A stretch of 63,792 nucleotides of DNA, filler included, from Octopus bimaculoides (Eukaryota): assembly GCF_001194135.2 (NCBI RefSeq). It is 7 parts of 6 records of this genome, joined end to end, with 100 filler letters (N's around TTAATTAATTAA, not from the genome) between each part and the next. Parts side by side here need not be neighbours in the genome. Positions count along the whole stretch, not along the records: positions 46,146 to 54,109 come from NC_068990.1; positions 54,210 to 60,387 come from NC_069001.1; positions 60,488 to 63,792 come from NC_068994.1; 4 more parts are not named here. One strand, 5' to 3'. The number at the start of each line of letters is the position of its first letter. Position 1 is the first letter of the stretch. Made by a program: the position numbers and the translations under genes. Below are positions 52,030 through 63,792 of this stretch, piece by piece. The notes beneath the pieces were generated by a model that saw only the letters and a program-made list of their open reading frames with translations, ran no database searches and had not been told where the DNA came from.

Positions 52030-52240
52030 TATGTGTGTGTGTGTTTGTGTGTCTGTGTTCGTCCCCCCAACATCGCTTGACAACCGATGCTGGTGTGTTT
52101 ACGCCCCCCGTAACTTAGCGGTTCGGCAAAAGAGACCGATAGAATAAGTACTAGGCTTCCAAAGAATAAGTCCTGTGGTCGATTTGCTCGACTAAAGGCG
52201 GTGCTCTAGCATGGCCGCAGTCAAATGACTGAAACAATTA
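52030..52240 (+). mobile_element. SINE family A 3' part
   Basis: CATCGCTTGACAACCGATGCTGGTGTGTTTAC...GCATGGCCGCAGTCAAATGACTGAAAC; reverse complement of 35850-36030. Confidence 0.8.
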
Positions 52241-53558
52241 AAAGAGTAAAAGAGAGTATATATATTTCTATACGAAATATATACTCACAAGGCAGCAATT
52301 TTAGAGAGAGGAATCTGTCGATACTCTCTATCCTCAATACATGACTGGTATTTTATTTTATCGGACAGGAGGTATGAAAGGTAAAACTGAAATTTGGCAG
52401 GATTTTAAATGAGAACACATACTACAAGATATTTTTTCGACGCACTAATGATTCTGCCAATCCTCCGCCGATATTATGAACTTCAGTTTTTGACGAGTAT
52501 CTTATTTATCGATCCTGGGGAGAGGAAAGGAAAAGTTGTCCTCGGCGAGTTTGGATTCGGAAGGGGAAGAACCAAAACCAGAATCATAAAACACACTTTT
52601 TGAGATGAAAGACTATCGATGGTCCAGCAGTGCTCTCGAACCCACTCACATAAGGATGCGCAGGTACACAGCTATAGTTGGATCATATCAGTGCAATAAT
52701 GTGTATAGTAGGTGAAACACTCAACAATNNNNNNNNNNNNNNNNNNNNNNNNNNNNNNNNNNNNNNNNNNNNNNNNNNNNNNNNNNNNNNNNNNNNNNNN
52801 NNNNNNNNNNNNNNNNNNNNNNNNNNNNNNNNNNNNNNNNNNNNNNNNNNNNNNNNNNNNNNNNNNNNNNNNNNNNNNNNNNNNNNNNNNNNNNNNNNNN
52901 NNNNNNNNNNNNNNNNNNNNNNNNNNNNNNNNNNNNNNNNNNNNNNNNNNNNNNNNNNNNNNNNNNNNNNNNNNNNNNNNNNNNNNNNNNNNNNNNNNNN
53001 NNNNNNNNNNNNNNNNNNNNNNNNNNNNNNNNNNNNNNNNNNNNNNNNNNNNNNNNNNNNNNNNNNNNNNNNNNNNNNNNNNNNNNNNNNNNNNNNNNNN
53101 NNNNNNNNNNNNNNNNNNNNNNNNNNNNNNNNNNNNNNNNNNNNNNNNNNNNNNNNNNNNNNNNNNNNNNNNNNNNNNNNNNNNNNNNNNNNNNNNNNNN
53201 NNNNNNNNNNNNNNNNNNNNNNNNNNNNNNNNNNNNNNNNNNNNNNNNNNNNNNNNNNNNNNNNNNNNNNNNNNNNNNNNNNNNNNNNNNNNNNNNNNNN
53301 NNNNNNNNNNNNNNNNNNNNNNNNNNNNNNNNNNNNNNNNNNNNNNNNNNNNNNNNNNNNNNNNNNNNNNNNNNNNNNNNNNNNNNNNNNNNNNNNNNNN
53401 NNNNNNNNNNNNNNNNNNNNNNNNNNNNNNNNNNNNNNNNNNNNNNNNNNNNNNNNNNNNNNNNNNNNNNNNNNNNNNNNNNNNNNNNNNNNNNNNNNNN
53501 NNNNNNNNNNNNNNNNNNNNNNNNNNNNNNNNNNNNNNNNNNNNNNNNNNNNNNNNNT

Positions 53559-54078
53559 TTGATTGTTATTTCAAGCAGGTAGACATACTTAGTATGTCCT
53601 TTGATTAATTTTTATCCCTCGGCTATTTAAATGCTATTTTTTGGCCCGCAGTAACTTATATCGTTGATTCTGTTACTAGCATTATTAAACTAGTGGCATT
53701 GGATAATAATAGAATTAACGATACCTTTGTAAATTAATTTTTAATAAATTATTTTTCTCGTAATTCTGTAACGAGATTATTTTACATTGGGAAGCTGCTG
53801 TGATTTCGGTGCAAAACGAATCAGTAGCGGCACAGATTTCTGAAGGATAGGTTGGGAATCGCTTTCCTGGTAATGTGTGCTGAAGAAGCAAAGGCATATT
53901 ATGTCAATGCAGAAACTAGTCCACGTAAATCCATATACTTAAATGAATGTAAGTCTTAACCAAATTTGCCTTCGTTTGATTCCTGAAGTAATCACCAGTG
54001 TATTTTTTGGCGATTTAATAACGAGTTTTGACTGTTATTTCAAGCAGGTAGACATACTTAGTATGTCCTTTGATTAAT
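53559..54078 (+). mobile_element. Direct-repeat-bounded 469-bp unit with one hammerhead
   Basis: About 50-bp repeat TTGA(T/C)TGTTATTTCAAGCAGGTAGACATACTTAGTATGTCCTTTGATTAAT at 53559 and 54028. Confidence 0.75.
53875..53926 (+). ncRNA. Minimal type I hammerhead (near intact)
   Basis: GTGTG-CTGAAGA-AGCA-aaGGCATattATGTCaa-TGCA-GAAAC-TA-GTC-CACGT. Palindromic ACTAGT, triplet GUC, single A-A mismatch at the base of stem II. Confidence 0.75.
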
Positions 54079-54209
54079 GTAATGTGTGTGTGTGTGTGTG
54101 TGTGTGTGTNNNNNNNNNNNNNNNNNNNNNNNNNNNNNNNNNNNNNNNNNNNNTTAATTAATTAANNNNNNNNNNNNNNNNNNNNNNNNNNNNNNNNNNN
54201 NNNNNNNNN

Positions 54210-54570
54210 ATGATAATGCACCAATTCACACAGCTAAAGGTGTTACTGAATGGCACGAGGAACATTCTAGTGAAGTTGAACATCTTATCTGGCCACCACA
54301 ATCCCCAGATTTCAATATTATTGAACATTTATGGTGCATTTTAGGAAAACAAGTAAGGAGTCAATATTCTCCGCCATCATCACTAAAAGAACTGGAGACT
54401 GTTTTAGTTGAAGAATGGGCAAAAATCCGTTTGGAAACAATTCAAACTTTGTACGAGTCCATACCTCGTAGAATTGAAGCTGTAATTACTGCCAGAGGGG
54501 CCCTACTCCATATTGAAATAAAGGTGTTTGAAATTTTAAGGTATTCCCATTATTTTGTCCAAACCCTTTA
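54210..54570 (+). mobile_element. Tc1 transposase C-terminal fragment with 3' TIR
   Basis: DNAPIHTAKGVTEW..WPPQSPDFNIIEHLW..IPRRIEAVITARG; ends TTATTTTGTCCAAACCCTTTA. Confidence 0.9.
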
Positions 54571-55860
54571 TGTATGTACGTGTGTATGCATGTATGTATG
54601 TATGTATGTATGAAGTGGATCGTATATATGGTGTGTCAAAAGAGATATGAATGTAATGTATTGCTGGTGTATAATGTGTGAAGGTGGTGTATATAACGTA
54701 TATATGTGTGAGATATATCTGTATATAAAAATGTGTAATATATATCGTGTGTGGAAGTGTGTATATAGTGATATGAAGGCAATATCTGTGTGGTGTATAT
54801 AACGCATGCGGTTTGTGTATAAGGGAGTTTAGATTGTATTGTGAATGTATAAGGGAGTTTAGATTGTATTGTGAATGTAATATGTAATCTATATAACCTG
54901 TGTGGTTTAATACATGCGTGAGGTGTTTGTATGTGTGATGTATATAATATTTATGTGTGTGTATATATGTTTGTAGTGTATGCGCAGTGTATATATAATA
55001 TGCTTGTGTGTGATGTGTATATACGCTGTATATTATGTGTGGGTGTGTGTAATGTATGTATTGTGGTGAATAAAGCGTCTAGATCATGTCTGAGTGGGTG
55101 TGATAAATCTGCAGAAATTGTATGAAATATGTGTTTGCGTAATTGCAATGTTTAAAGTGTGTGTATGTGTGTGTTGTGATGAAAATGTGATGTTTGTATT
55201 TGCGATATGTGTATGAATTATGTGTGTGTGTGTGTATGTTTGTGGGCTGTATATGCGTAGTATATAACGTGTTTGCGTGTGATATACGTGATAAAGAGAG
55301 CGTCTCTGTGCCGTATCAGTGATATGTGGGCGTGATGTATCCATAATGCGTATGTGTTTGCGTGCTTGTATGTGGGATACGTACGAATTAATAATGTGGG
55401 CGCGTGTGTGTGCCAGCATCTATGTATGTGTGAGAAAAAAAAAGATGAATATTGACTAGAAGGCACCTGTGCTGTATTTATGAGATGTGTGCGTTTGTGT
55501 GAGGTGTGCATAATGTATGTCTTTATTTGTGTGATGTGGGTGTAAATGCGAATTATAATATGATTGTGTAAGTGTATGAGTATGTATGTGTGCGTATGTG
55601 TGTGTGTGTACATGTGTGTGTAGGTGTTTGATATACGTGATGACTGGAATGTCTCTATGCTGTATGTGTAAGATGTGTATGTAATGTGGGCGTGATATAT
55701 GTGTAATTAATATGTTTGTTTCTGTGAGGTATAAGTGCAGTATGTAAAATCCATGTGTGTGTGTGAGCACGTGTCTGCGTGTGTCTGTGTGTGTATGTGC
55801 GTGCGTGTGTGCGTGCATGTGCATGTGTGTGTGCGTGCGTGTGTGTGTATGTGTATGAAA
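54571..55860. repeat. Long TG-rich degenerate low-complexity tract (similar at 58900-60360)
   Basis: Strand-asymmetric decayed (TG)/(TATG) sequence. Confidence 0.8.
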
Positions 55861-56111
55861 TTAGCAGTGTGTACCTTCCTAAGATACTGGACTTTGTTTT
55901 CAGAGCTAAAGCCAACAATTGCAAACCGCCCACGAAGCACGAATGGCAACAACGATTGAGTGGAGTTCTGCTCCCACATCTAAGACATTGCTACACAAAC
56001 ACACACTCGCACACGCACGCACACACACACACACACATATACACATACACACAGATATATATGTATTGATAAGATATAAAGATTTCTTCTGCATACATAT
56101 ATACATATATA

Positions 56112-56270
56112 CGATGGGCTTCTTTCAGTTTCCGTCTACTAAACCCACTTACAAGGCTTTGGTCGGCCCGAGACTATAGTAGAAGACACTTGCCCAAGGT
56201 GCCACGCGGTGGGAATGAACCCAGAACCATGTGGTTGGTAAGCTACTTACCACACAGTCACTCCTGCGCC
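56112..56270 (-). mobile_element. SINE family A 5' part
   Basis: ACGATGGGCTTCTTTCAGTTTCCG...GGTAAGCTACTTACCACACAG. Confidence 0.85.
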
Positions 56271-56366
56271 TACACACATACATACATACATACATACATG
56301 CATGCATACATACATACATACATACATGCATGCATGCATGCATACATACATACATACATACATACA

Positions 56367-56397
<31 letters not shown>

Positions 56398-57488
56398 GTA
56401 CATACATACATCTACACACACACACACACACACACATAACTCAAAGCAATTACAAAGAATACGGAAACTGGTCCATCTTCATATATTTTTTCTTTTAGTT
56501 TCACAGTTAATTATATAGCATAATTAGTTTATACGACCGACACGTGTTTCTGCTGCATAGAAAATATGCAACAGCATTTGCAACCATCTATGTTCAGCTC
56601 AGCACCTCTGTCCACAAATATGGTTCGAGGCGAACTCATTCTATTTAGGCATGTCTAACGTATTTCAGTTTTTTTTTTTATTATGGTTTTAGATTGAAAA
56701 AGAAAGTGAGAGGGAAATTTAGAGATTTGATATGACTATAAAAATTTTTGACGTATTTAACCTCATCTCGACCTTCAGTTTAAACGACAGAACTGAGAGT
56801 CCTCCACCTTAGAGTAGGTCACAGTGAATGTCTCAGTGTTTTTGTACAACAGCTAGGTACAAAATGAGATTAAATAATAAATTAAAATTAATTAGATTCT
56901 GTCAAATTAAATTAGTTATCTGTAATGTAAGAAACTTATTTATGATGTCACTATCTGCGTTATCGAGATTTAGCTTATAAACAGTGTCTCTGTCCTATAT
57001 GTGTTGCTATGATTTATAAAAAAGATATTTTAATTTGGTGCGAATACCGATAGTTAGTAGAAAGTCAAACCAGATATTGACCTGGCATTTATCTCCTAAA
57101 TTTAGGCTCCTCTCATTTGTGTGGCGGATACTAATTTATCCATCACTTGCATTGAAGTATTTAGATGTCTTCCTGTGCAAATGCGGACATCTTAAGGCTT
57201 GTTCCAGTCTACAGTTAAGCAACCGGTATTTAGATGTAAAAATCTGGAAATGATAGCAAAGTCTTTGATCAGAGCCTCACTATGAAACCATGAACACTTC
57301 GAAAATATATTTGCGCTCATATAAACCACTTTGAATATTATTCTAGCAAGTTTAAAGTCATTTCTTTTGTGTCGTAAACCATTTACCATTTCTGTGATGC
57401 CCCCCTGCTTCCCTTGATGCCTAAGCGCATGCTCCCATGTTACTACTACTACTACTACTACTACTAACTACTACTACTACTACTACTG

Positions 57489-57521
<33 letters not shown>

Positions 57522-59144
57522 TTGTAGAGTAGTTTCAGTTGTCAGACAATTCTGAATTTACTCAAATTTACGGCCAAAATATCGATGCAATAACCAGTCT
57601 TCACCAAACACATATTTCACATTAAAAATTCCGCCTTTATCAATTTTTAAAATAACTGAATTTTGTTGATTTTCATTGAATTTCTTGAAATGTTTCTCAT
57701 TTAAAAAGCGATAATGACACAAAAAAGACAAAAGAATTATTGTTTGTAAATCAGGAAATTTTTTTATTAATTATACTTTAGAATTTCATTTTAGAAATTT
57801 ACATAATAACGGGGGTCGATAAGTAATCGAGGATTCCATGAACGGGGTGAATCATATAAGGCGCTTAACGACACCCTGCTTTACACACAGTCCTTCTCCT
57901 CCAGAATCCTTATCCCTCTGGAATTCTTTATATATTATGTGTATTGCTTGCAAAATGTGGTGAAAGTGCGTGGATTTGTGGTTAGAATTGTTGGGCTTAC
58001 CGTTATAAACTCGGGTTCGATTCTCAGACTGAGCTACTCACAGTGTCCTTGAGCAAGACACTTCATTTCACAGTGTTCCAGGAACGGTGCGGTTAGAATG
58101 TGCGCCACTTGGGCCACCCCCTTGAGTTTCCCATCCACTTCCCCGAGCCCCCAACAGTCTGCCGCCCTCATAAAAGCGTCGCCCGGGGCCAACCGCCCCT
58201 ACGCTTTCTTCCTCTAACTACGCCACTGTACTCCAGTTTATTCAAATTAAAATCAGCACCAGCTTTGTATTGGCACTTCTCTCTCTCTCTTACTAACTAT
58301 CTCTCTCCCCTCTTTCTGTCTGTCTGTCTCTCTCGCTCTCCCTCTCTTTCACTGTCTCTCTCTCTCTTTCTCTCCTTCTCTCTCTTTCTTTCTCTCTCTG
58401 TTACTATCTCTCCCCTCTTTCTACCTGTCTGTCTCCCTCTCTCTTTCTCTCCCTCTCCATTCCTGTTACTGTCTCTCTCTCTCTCTTTCTCTCTCTCACT
58501 CACTCTCTCTCCCTCTCTTTCTATATGTTTGCCTATCTGTTTCTCTCTTTCTCTCCCTCTTTGTTGCTGTCTCTCTTTTTCTCACTCTCTCTCTCTCCTT
58601 CTCTCACTCTCCTTCTCTCTCTCCTTCTCTCACTCTCCTTCTCTCTCCTTCTCTCTCTCCTTCTCTCTCTCCTTCTCTCTCTCTCCTTCTCTCACTCTCC
58701 TTCTCTCTCTCCCTCTCTCCCTCCCCCCCTCTCTCTCTCAGATTCTAAATGTTCCACTTAATCGAGAGCGACCAAGCTTCAAAGATGTCTCTCTCAGCTC
58801 GTGACTACATACGCACTTGAAACAATTAACGGAAAGCATGGTACATGCTGCCTGGTCATGCTACTCGCTTGCCAGTGACGGCTCTGGTTGTGCAAAGTGC
58901 GTGTTTTGCGTCTTGTGTAATACGCGATGTGATGTTTGCGCAGTCGTGAATTTTATGCGTGTAAGCATATGCGAGTGTATGAAATGTGCGATGTGTGAGA
59001 TGTGGTACGTACATTGTATATGTGTATGTTTGTGTGTGTCTGTGTGTCTGTGTGCGCAGTGTATGACTCTGTGTAATGTGTGGTGTACCTAATCTGTATG
59101 GCGTCAGGTGCTTGCGTGCGCGTCTGTGTAATATACAGGTGTGA

Positions 59145-59236
<92 letters not shown>

Positions 59237-59359
59237 ATATGCGCTGTGTGTACGTGTGTATGCGTATGTGTGTATGTGTATGTGTGTATGTGTATGTGTG
59301 GGCGTGTAGTATTATGGATGGGATCAACATGTGTATACTTAGTTTGTACAAACGTGTGT

Positions 59360-59397
<38 letters not shown>

Positions 59398-61616
59398 TGG
59401 AGGATGCTGTTTTTGATGCGTATGGCGCGTGCTGTGTGTTGTATGGTGTATAATTTGTAGTGTTTAGTATAATGTCGATAAGGTGTGTGTGTGTGTGTCG
59501 TGTGGGGTGTGTATGTAAGAGGATATGGGGAATGTGTGCGTGTGTGCGTGTGTCTGTGAGTTCGTGTGAAATATGCTATTTGCGTTAAATGTGTAACGTG
59601 ATGTATGCATGTATATGATGTGTGTGTGTACGTGGATGTGTGAATGGATGTATACGTGAACCTCTGTATATGTTTGTTGTTCTGTGTGTGTATATGTATG
59701 TATGTATGTATGTATGCGTGTCTATGAGTGTATATATACGTTTCCTTGTATGTATATATGTATGGATGTATATGAGTGTTTACGTATGTATGTCTATGTC
59801 AGACTGTATGTGTCTGTGTTTGTATGTATATGTCTGGCTGTATGTCTGACTATGTCTATGCTATGTGTGTGTATGTACGTATGTGTGAATGTATGTATAT
59901 GTACGTAAGTACGCGCGCGCGCACGTGCATTTACAATGTGTAGACACAAGTAATTTCAGGCTCAGAAGAATACCTGTATGTATATGCACATATGTCTGTT
60001 TCTGTTAGGCATGTACGTGGTAGAGGTGATGGCGGTGGTGTGTGTGTGTGTGTGTATGTTTGCTCATATATATATGTGCTACTTTATGTGTATGTATACA
60101 TACACACACACACCCACTCACACACATGATGTCAATGTACATATACGTTTGTGTTCACGACATGCATAGGTGTGTGTATGCGCTTGCGAGTCTATGGGCG
60201 CGTGTATGTATATTTGTATATTTGTATAATGTATGTATGTGTGTGTGTGTGTGTGTGTGAGTGTGCGTTTGTGCGTGTGTAGATGCATGTATGTAGAGAG
60301 GTGTATATATGTAGTCATATATGCCTCAAAGCACATCACAATTTAGACTGTTGTGAGTGTCTTACTAGTATAATATATATATATATANNNNNNNNNNNNN
60401 NNNNNNNNNNNNNNNNNNNNNNNNNNNNNNNTTAATTAATTAANNNNNNNNNNNNNNNNNNNNNNNNNNNNNNNNNNNNNNNNNNNNGCCCCTCCACCCC
60501 TGCCACTACTTAAAGTGTATTCTTATGCAGATATGGATTGAATGGTTCATCATATTTACTTTGGAAAGGTTTCTATAGCTGAACAACATTTCTAATGCTG
60601 ACCCCTTTTCAGAATATTGGATGATGTACTGGATGCTTTTTTTTTCATGGTTCCAGCTCTTGTGACGCCACCTTGCAACTTGCAAAACTAGGGGCCTGAA
60701 GTGACTCGTATAACTTAAAGTTTGATGAACCCAATACCAATCGCCTAACAATGTATATTGGGTGCTATTTTAATGCTACCAACACTAGTGAGGTAACCAA
60801 GCAAGTTACCAGAAACAAAAAGCAAGAAAGAGAAAAGTGCTCCTCCCCCATAACTAAGTCAGGTGCTGAGAATCTAAAGCTAATGATAGAGGGAAAGAAC
60901 AGGTGTCTTGCTGTAGAGGAGACACATGGCTATCCCACATTATAAGGGTGAATCATAGTAATAGGGAAGCTGAAGATAAAGAAGAAAGATGGTTGTGGTG
61001 GTGTGCCAGAGCAAATGCTCAAGGTAGGCAAGCATCAGAGAGGATACAGTCATTGGATCAGGAGGGCAGGACAGAGTGGATGGTTTCATAAGTATGAGAA
61101 AGGAGAGTTACAGGTGGTTTAAGAGGTAGGTCAAAGTGGATGTATTTAATGATGTGCAAGGGTGGAGGTGTCATTGGTGGGAATTATCAGTGTGGAGAAA
61201 GGGTAAGATGAGAAAGCTAGTTGTGACTCAAGTAGGACGATAGATAATAAAGCAGGGGAAGGATGTGCAAGGTATAGGAGTGTCAGAGAGGGAGATGTGA
61301 GGATACATAAGGGTATGTATAGTGGATGGGCATGATGGGGGATATGAGAGGGTGTTGAGAATGATAGCATATATGTGAGGCGCTAAGATGGAATATGGTA
61401 GAGGACAGAGAGAGTCATTTGAAGGCAGGGAAAGGAGGTGTTCAGTGAGGATAGTGTGGGAAAGGAAGGGAGAATAATGAGAATACCTTCAAAATGCATC
61501 ATGATGTTTTGTGAAGAGAAACTTTGGTATGTGTTTATATAATTTGAGTACACAAATGAAGCTCAACATTTTAGTACAAGTAAAAAAAGTAAAATATCTA
61601 AGAATATTTGACTCAC

Positions 61617-61702
61617 CCTTTTCATCTTCTTCTAAATTACTTTCTTGGAAAAATGGTAACATTGACCGCATTAGTGTGACAATTAGATAATTCTGTAATG
61701 TT
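61617..61702 (-). CDS. Orphan internal exon resembling peptidase family M13 (neprilysin/ECE): (R)TLQNYLIVTLMRSMLPFFQESNLEEDEK(G)
   Basis: Acceptor cctatcattgcag|A, donor G|gtgagt, 86 nt. Resembles, from memory, ECE1 [28 protein letters not shown] and neprilysin RDLQNLMSW. Confidence 0.55.
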
Positions 61703-62084
61703 CTGCAATGATAGGGAAGTACATTAAGAAGCTACACCAAGACTGCATTATTTATTGTGTATTCAGTTAAAAAGACCCATGAATATAGGGTAAATTACAT
61801 TCACAGCATAACTGCAGAAGTATAACAATAGGTCAAAATAGTAGTTGGAGTTATAGGGAAGGGTGTGTGTGTGTGGGGGGGGGCGCACACATCCGCAAAT
61901 ATATATCAGGTCATCCCACCAATAATGTTTGAATTTTGGGTAAGGAGAAAAAATCTAATGTTAGATTTTATTAAAATTTAATCCTATATATGATTCCCAT
62001 CATTATCGATGACATCCTTTCATCTTCTCATCAGTTGTTTAATACCATTGGTGAAAAACTCTTTAGGTTTTAATGAGAAGAAAG

Positions 62085-62400
62085 AAGAGAGTTGGCATAT
62101 GTAAAATTATGGGGAACCCATTTTCCAAGTTTGGACACCTGTCCAATTTGTCGAAAATGGTAGTTAACAGTTGGTTGGCTTGAATTGAGCTTGCTTGCCA
62201 ATTCTTCAACTGACACAGCATTATCCTTCTCAAGCTCTGACAAAAGAAGTTCATCATCAAATTCAAACTGGGCGTCCTATTCATGGTCTCACTCTTAGGC
62301 TGAAGACATCATTTTTGACCTTTGCAAACTTCTGCAACTTCTTTCATTCAGGTTCTCTTCCCCATAAATAGAATGGATATTTCAGGTTGCTTCTGCTGAA
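62085..62400 (-). mobile_element. Decayed mariner transposase N-terminal fragment
   Basis: YGEENLNERSC, GRPV-EFDDELL, VEELASKLNSSQPTVNYHFRQIGQVSKLGKWVPHN (WVPHEL motif). Confidence 0.85.
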
Positions 62401-62650
62401 ACAACCCTTTTTGAATTCATAAAACATTATGTGCCTTAAATGGTCCTTTGATACACCCATCTTTGAGGGGTTAATATTAGTAATTAATTCAGACAGATTA
62501 TTCTGTTAAAAGAAATAATAAGTTAAAGGTTTCCAATTCGTATGAATATCAATCAATCCCATTTGACATTTTAGAATACTGTAAAATTTGATAGAAATTA
62601 CATATATGATATTTCGGATATTATTCATGGGATGACCTGATATATATATA

Positions 62651-63430
62651 TAGGGGTTGGACAAAATAATGGAAACAACTTAAAATTTCCAACAAATTTA
62701 TTTTAATATGGAGTGGGACCACCTTTGGCAGTAATTACAGCTTGAATTCTATGAGGTATGGACTGGTACAAAGTTTGAATTGTTTCCAAAGGAATTTTTG
62801 TCCATTCTTCAGCAAAAAGAGTCTCCAGTTCTTGTAGTGATAATGGTGGAGGATATTGACTCTTTACTTGCTTTTTCTAAAATGCACCATAAATGTTCAA
62901 TAATATTGAGATCTGGGGACNNNNNNNNNNTTAACAGTTGGAAGAAGGCATTCTGGGTCAAATGCTTCTTTTGGCTGTCTCCACATGTACACTCAGCTGG
63001 TGGTTGGAAATAAGCTAAAGGATGACTTGTCTGAGAAAATAACATTCTTGCACTGCTCTAGGGACTAATTCTGTAGGTTTTTACTCCATTCTAAATGTTT
63101 TGTAATGTTTGTTTTTGAAAGTAGTAGTTTTCTGATTGCAGTTCTGTGAAATCCGACTTTGTGCAGCTCCCAACGAACAGTTTTAGTGGAAATGGTGTTN
63201 NNNNNNNNNTCAAAGGCTGTCATTACTTTTGAGACAGTACTTCTTGATACACCCAACATTTTGGCTGTTTTCATTACACTAGCGCCTGCCATATGAGCAC
63301 CAACAATTTGACCTCCTTGAAAGTCTGATAGATTAGTCATTTTAATGAATTTTAATTACCTTTTTCTGATATCAGAAAAGAAAAAACAATTTTAGCAAAA
63401 CATATTAAGCAACACTAATAATAAATTACT
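62651..63430 (-). mobile_element. Internally deleted Tc1 element, same family as 54210-54570
   Basis: TIR AGGGGTTGGACAAAATAATGG; MTNLSDFQGGQIVGAHMAGASVMKTAKMLGVSRSTVSKV (HTH) and SPDLNIIEHLW. Confidence 0.88.
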
Positions 63431-63677
63431 GTCGTTCAGTTAAATAATAATAATGACACATATACATATATATATATATATATGATAGGATTGTTTAAAC
63501 ATTCAAGGGGTAGGCTTAAATGTTTAAGCAACCAGGGGATAATTAAATCCGAAGGCACTCCTGGAGATTACTTGTGTGGGTACCGTCTTTGTTGGAAGGT
63601 ATCCAGAGGCAGGTAATTTATCGTTTAAACTGCAGTTTATAATTATAATCATTCTCCATTCTCCACTTGATTATAAT

Positions 63678-63710
<33 letters not shown>

Positions 63711-63787
63711 TTATTTATGTTTTGTGATTTATTATTAGTGTTGCTTAATATGTTTTGCTAAAATTGTTTTTTCTTTTCAGATATCAG
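63366..63787. repeat. 61-bp inverted repeat (63366-63426 / 63727-63787), one mismatch
   Basis: CTGATATCAGAAAAGAAAAAACAATTTTAGCAAAACATATTAAGCAACACTAATAATAAAT and its reverse complement. Confidence 0.85.
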
Positions 63788-63792
63788 ATATA

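Noticed and set aside
55862-55990. Complex island within the TG-rich tract, possible exon or transposase scrap
   Set aside because: No recognisable motif or splice pair.
60540-60740. Next exon of the M13-like gene
   Set aside because: No frame shows the expected RWxxC/GxAxG motifs, and splice sites are weak.
62020-62040. CTGATGA heptamers here (minus) and at about 2629 (plus)
   Set aside because: No downstream GAAA-N-UH or stems; the 2629 copy lies inside the mariner sequence.

Overview
Eukaryotic, AT-rich, microsatellite-saturated draft sequence. It is most likely an octopus (inferred from the SINE/MITE families and repeat landscape, not proven). Six N44-TTAATTAATTAA-N44 artificial linkers split it into seven blocks whose adjacency is not guaranteed. 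Almost all ORFs in the supplied track are microsatellite or gap artefacts. Main content: (1) a spliced + strand gene absent from the ORF track, five coding exons at 23001-28641 giving about 261 aa with an acidic/SUMO-motif N-terminus, coiled coil, Pro-rich linker and a single C-terminal BEN domain; (2) one orphan - strand exon resembling an M13 (neprilysin/ECE) peptidase at 61617-61702; (3) many decayed Penelope-like retroelements, Tc1/mariner remnants, MITEs and tRNA-type SINEs; (4) about ten minimal type I hammerhead ribozyme motifs from several sequence families, nearly all with a self-complementary loop III. One is fully intact (51304-51371). They sit at Penelope 3' ends, inside 361-482 bp direct-repeat-bounded units, and inside fold-back elements, which suggests a retrozyme-like system of non-autonomous hammerhead elements. 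All protein and family assignments come from motif recognition by eye; no database search was run.
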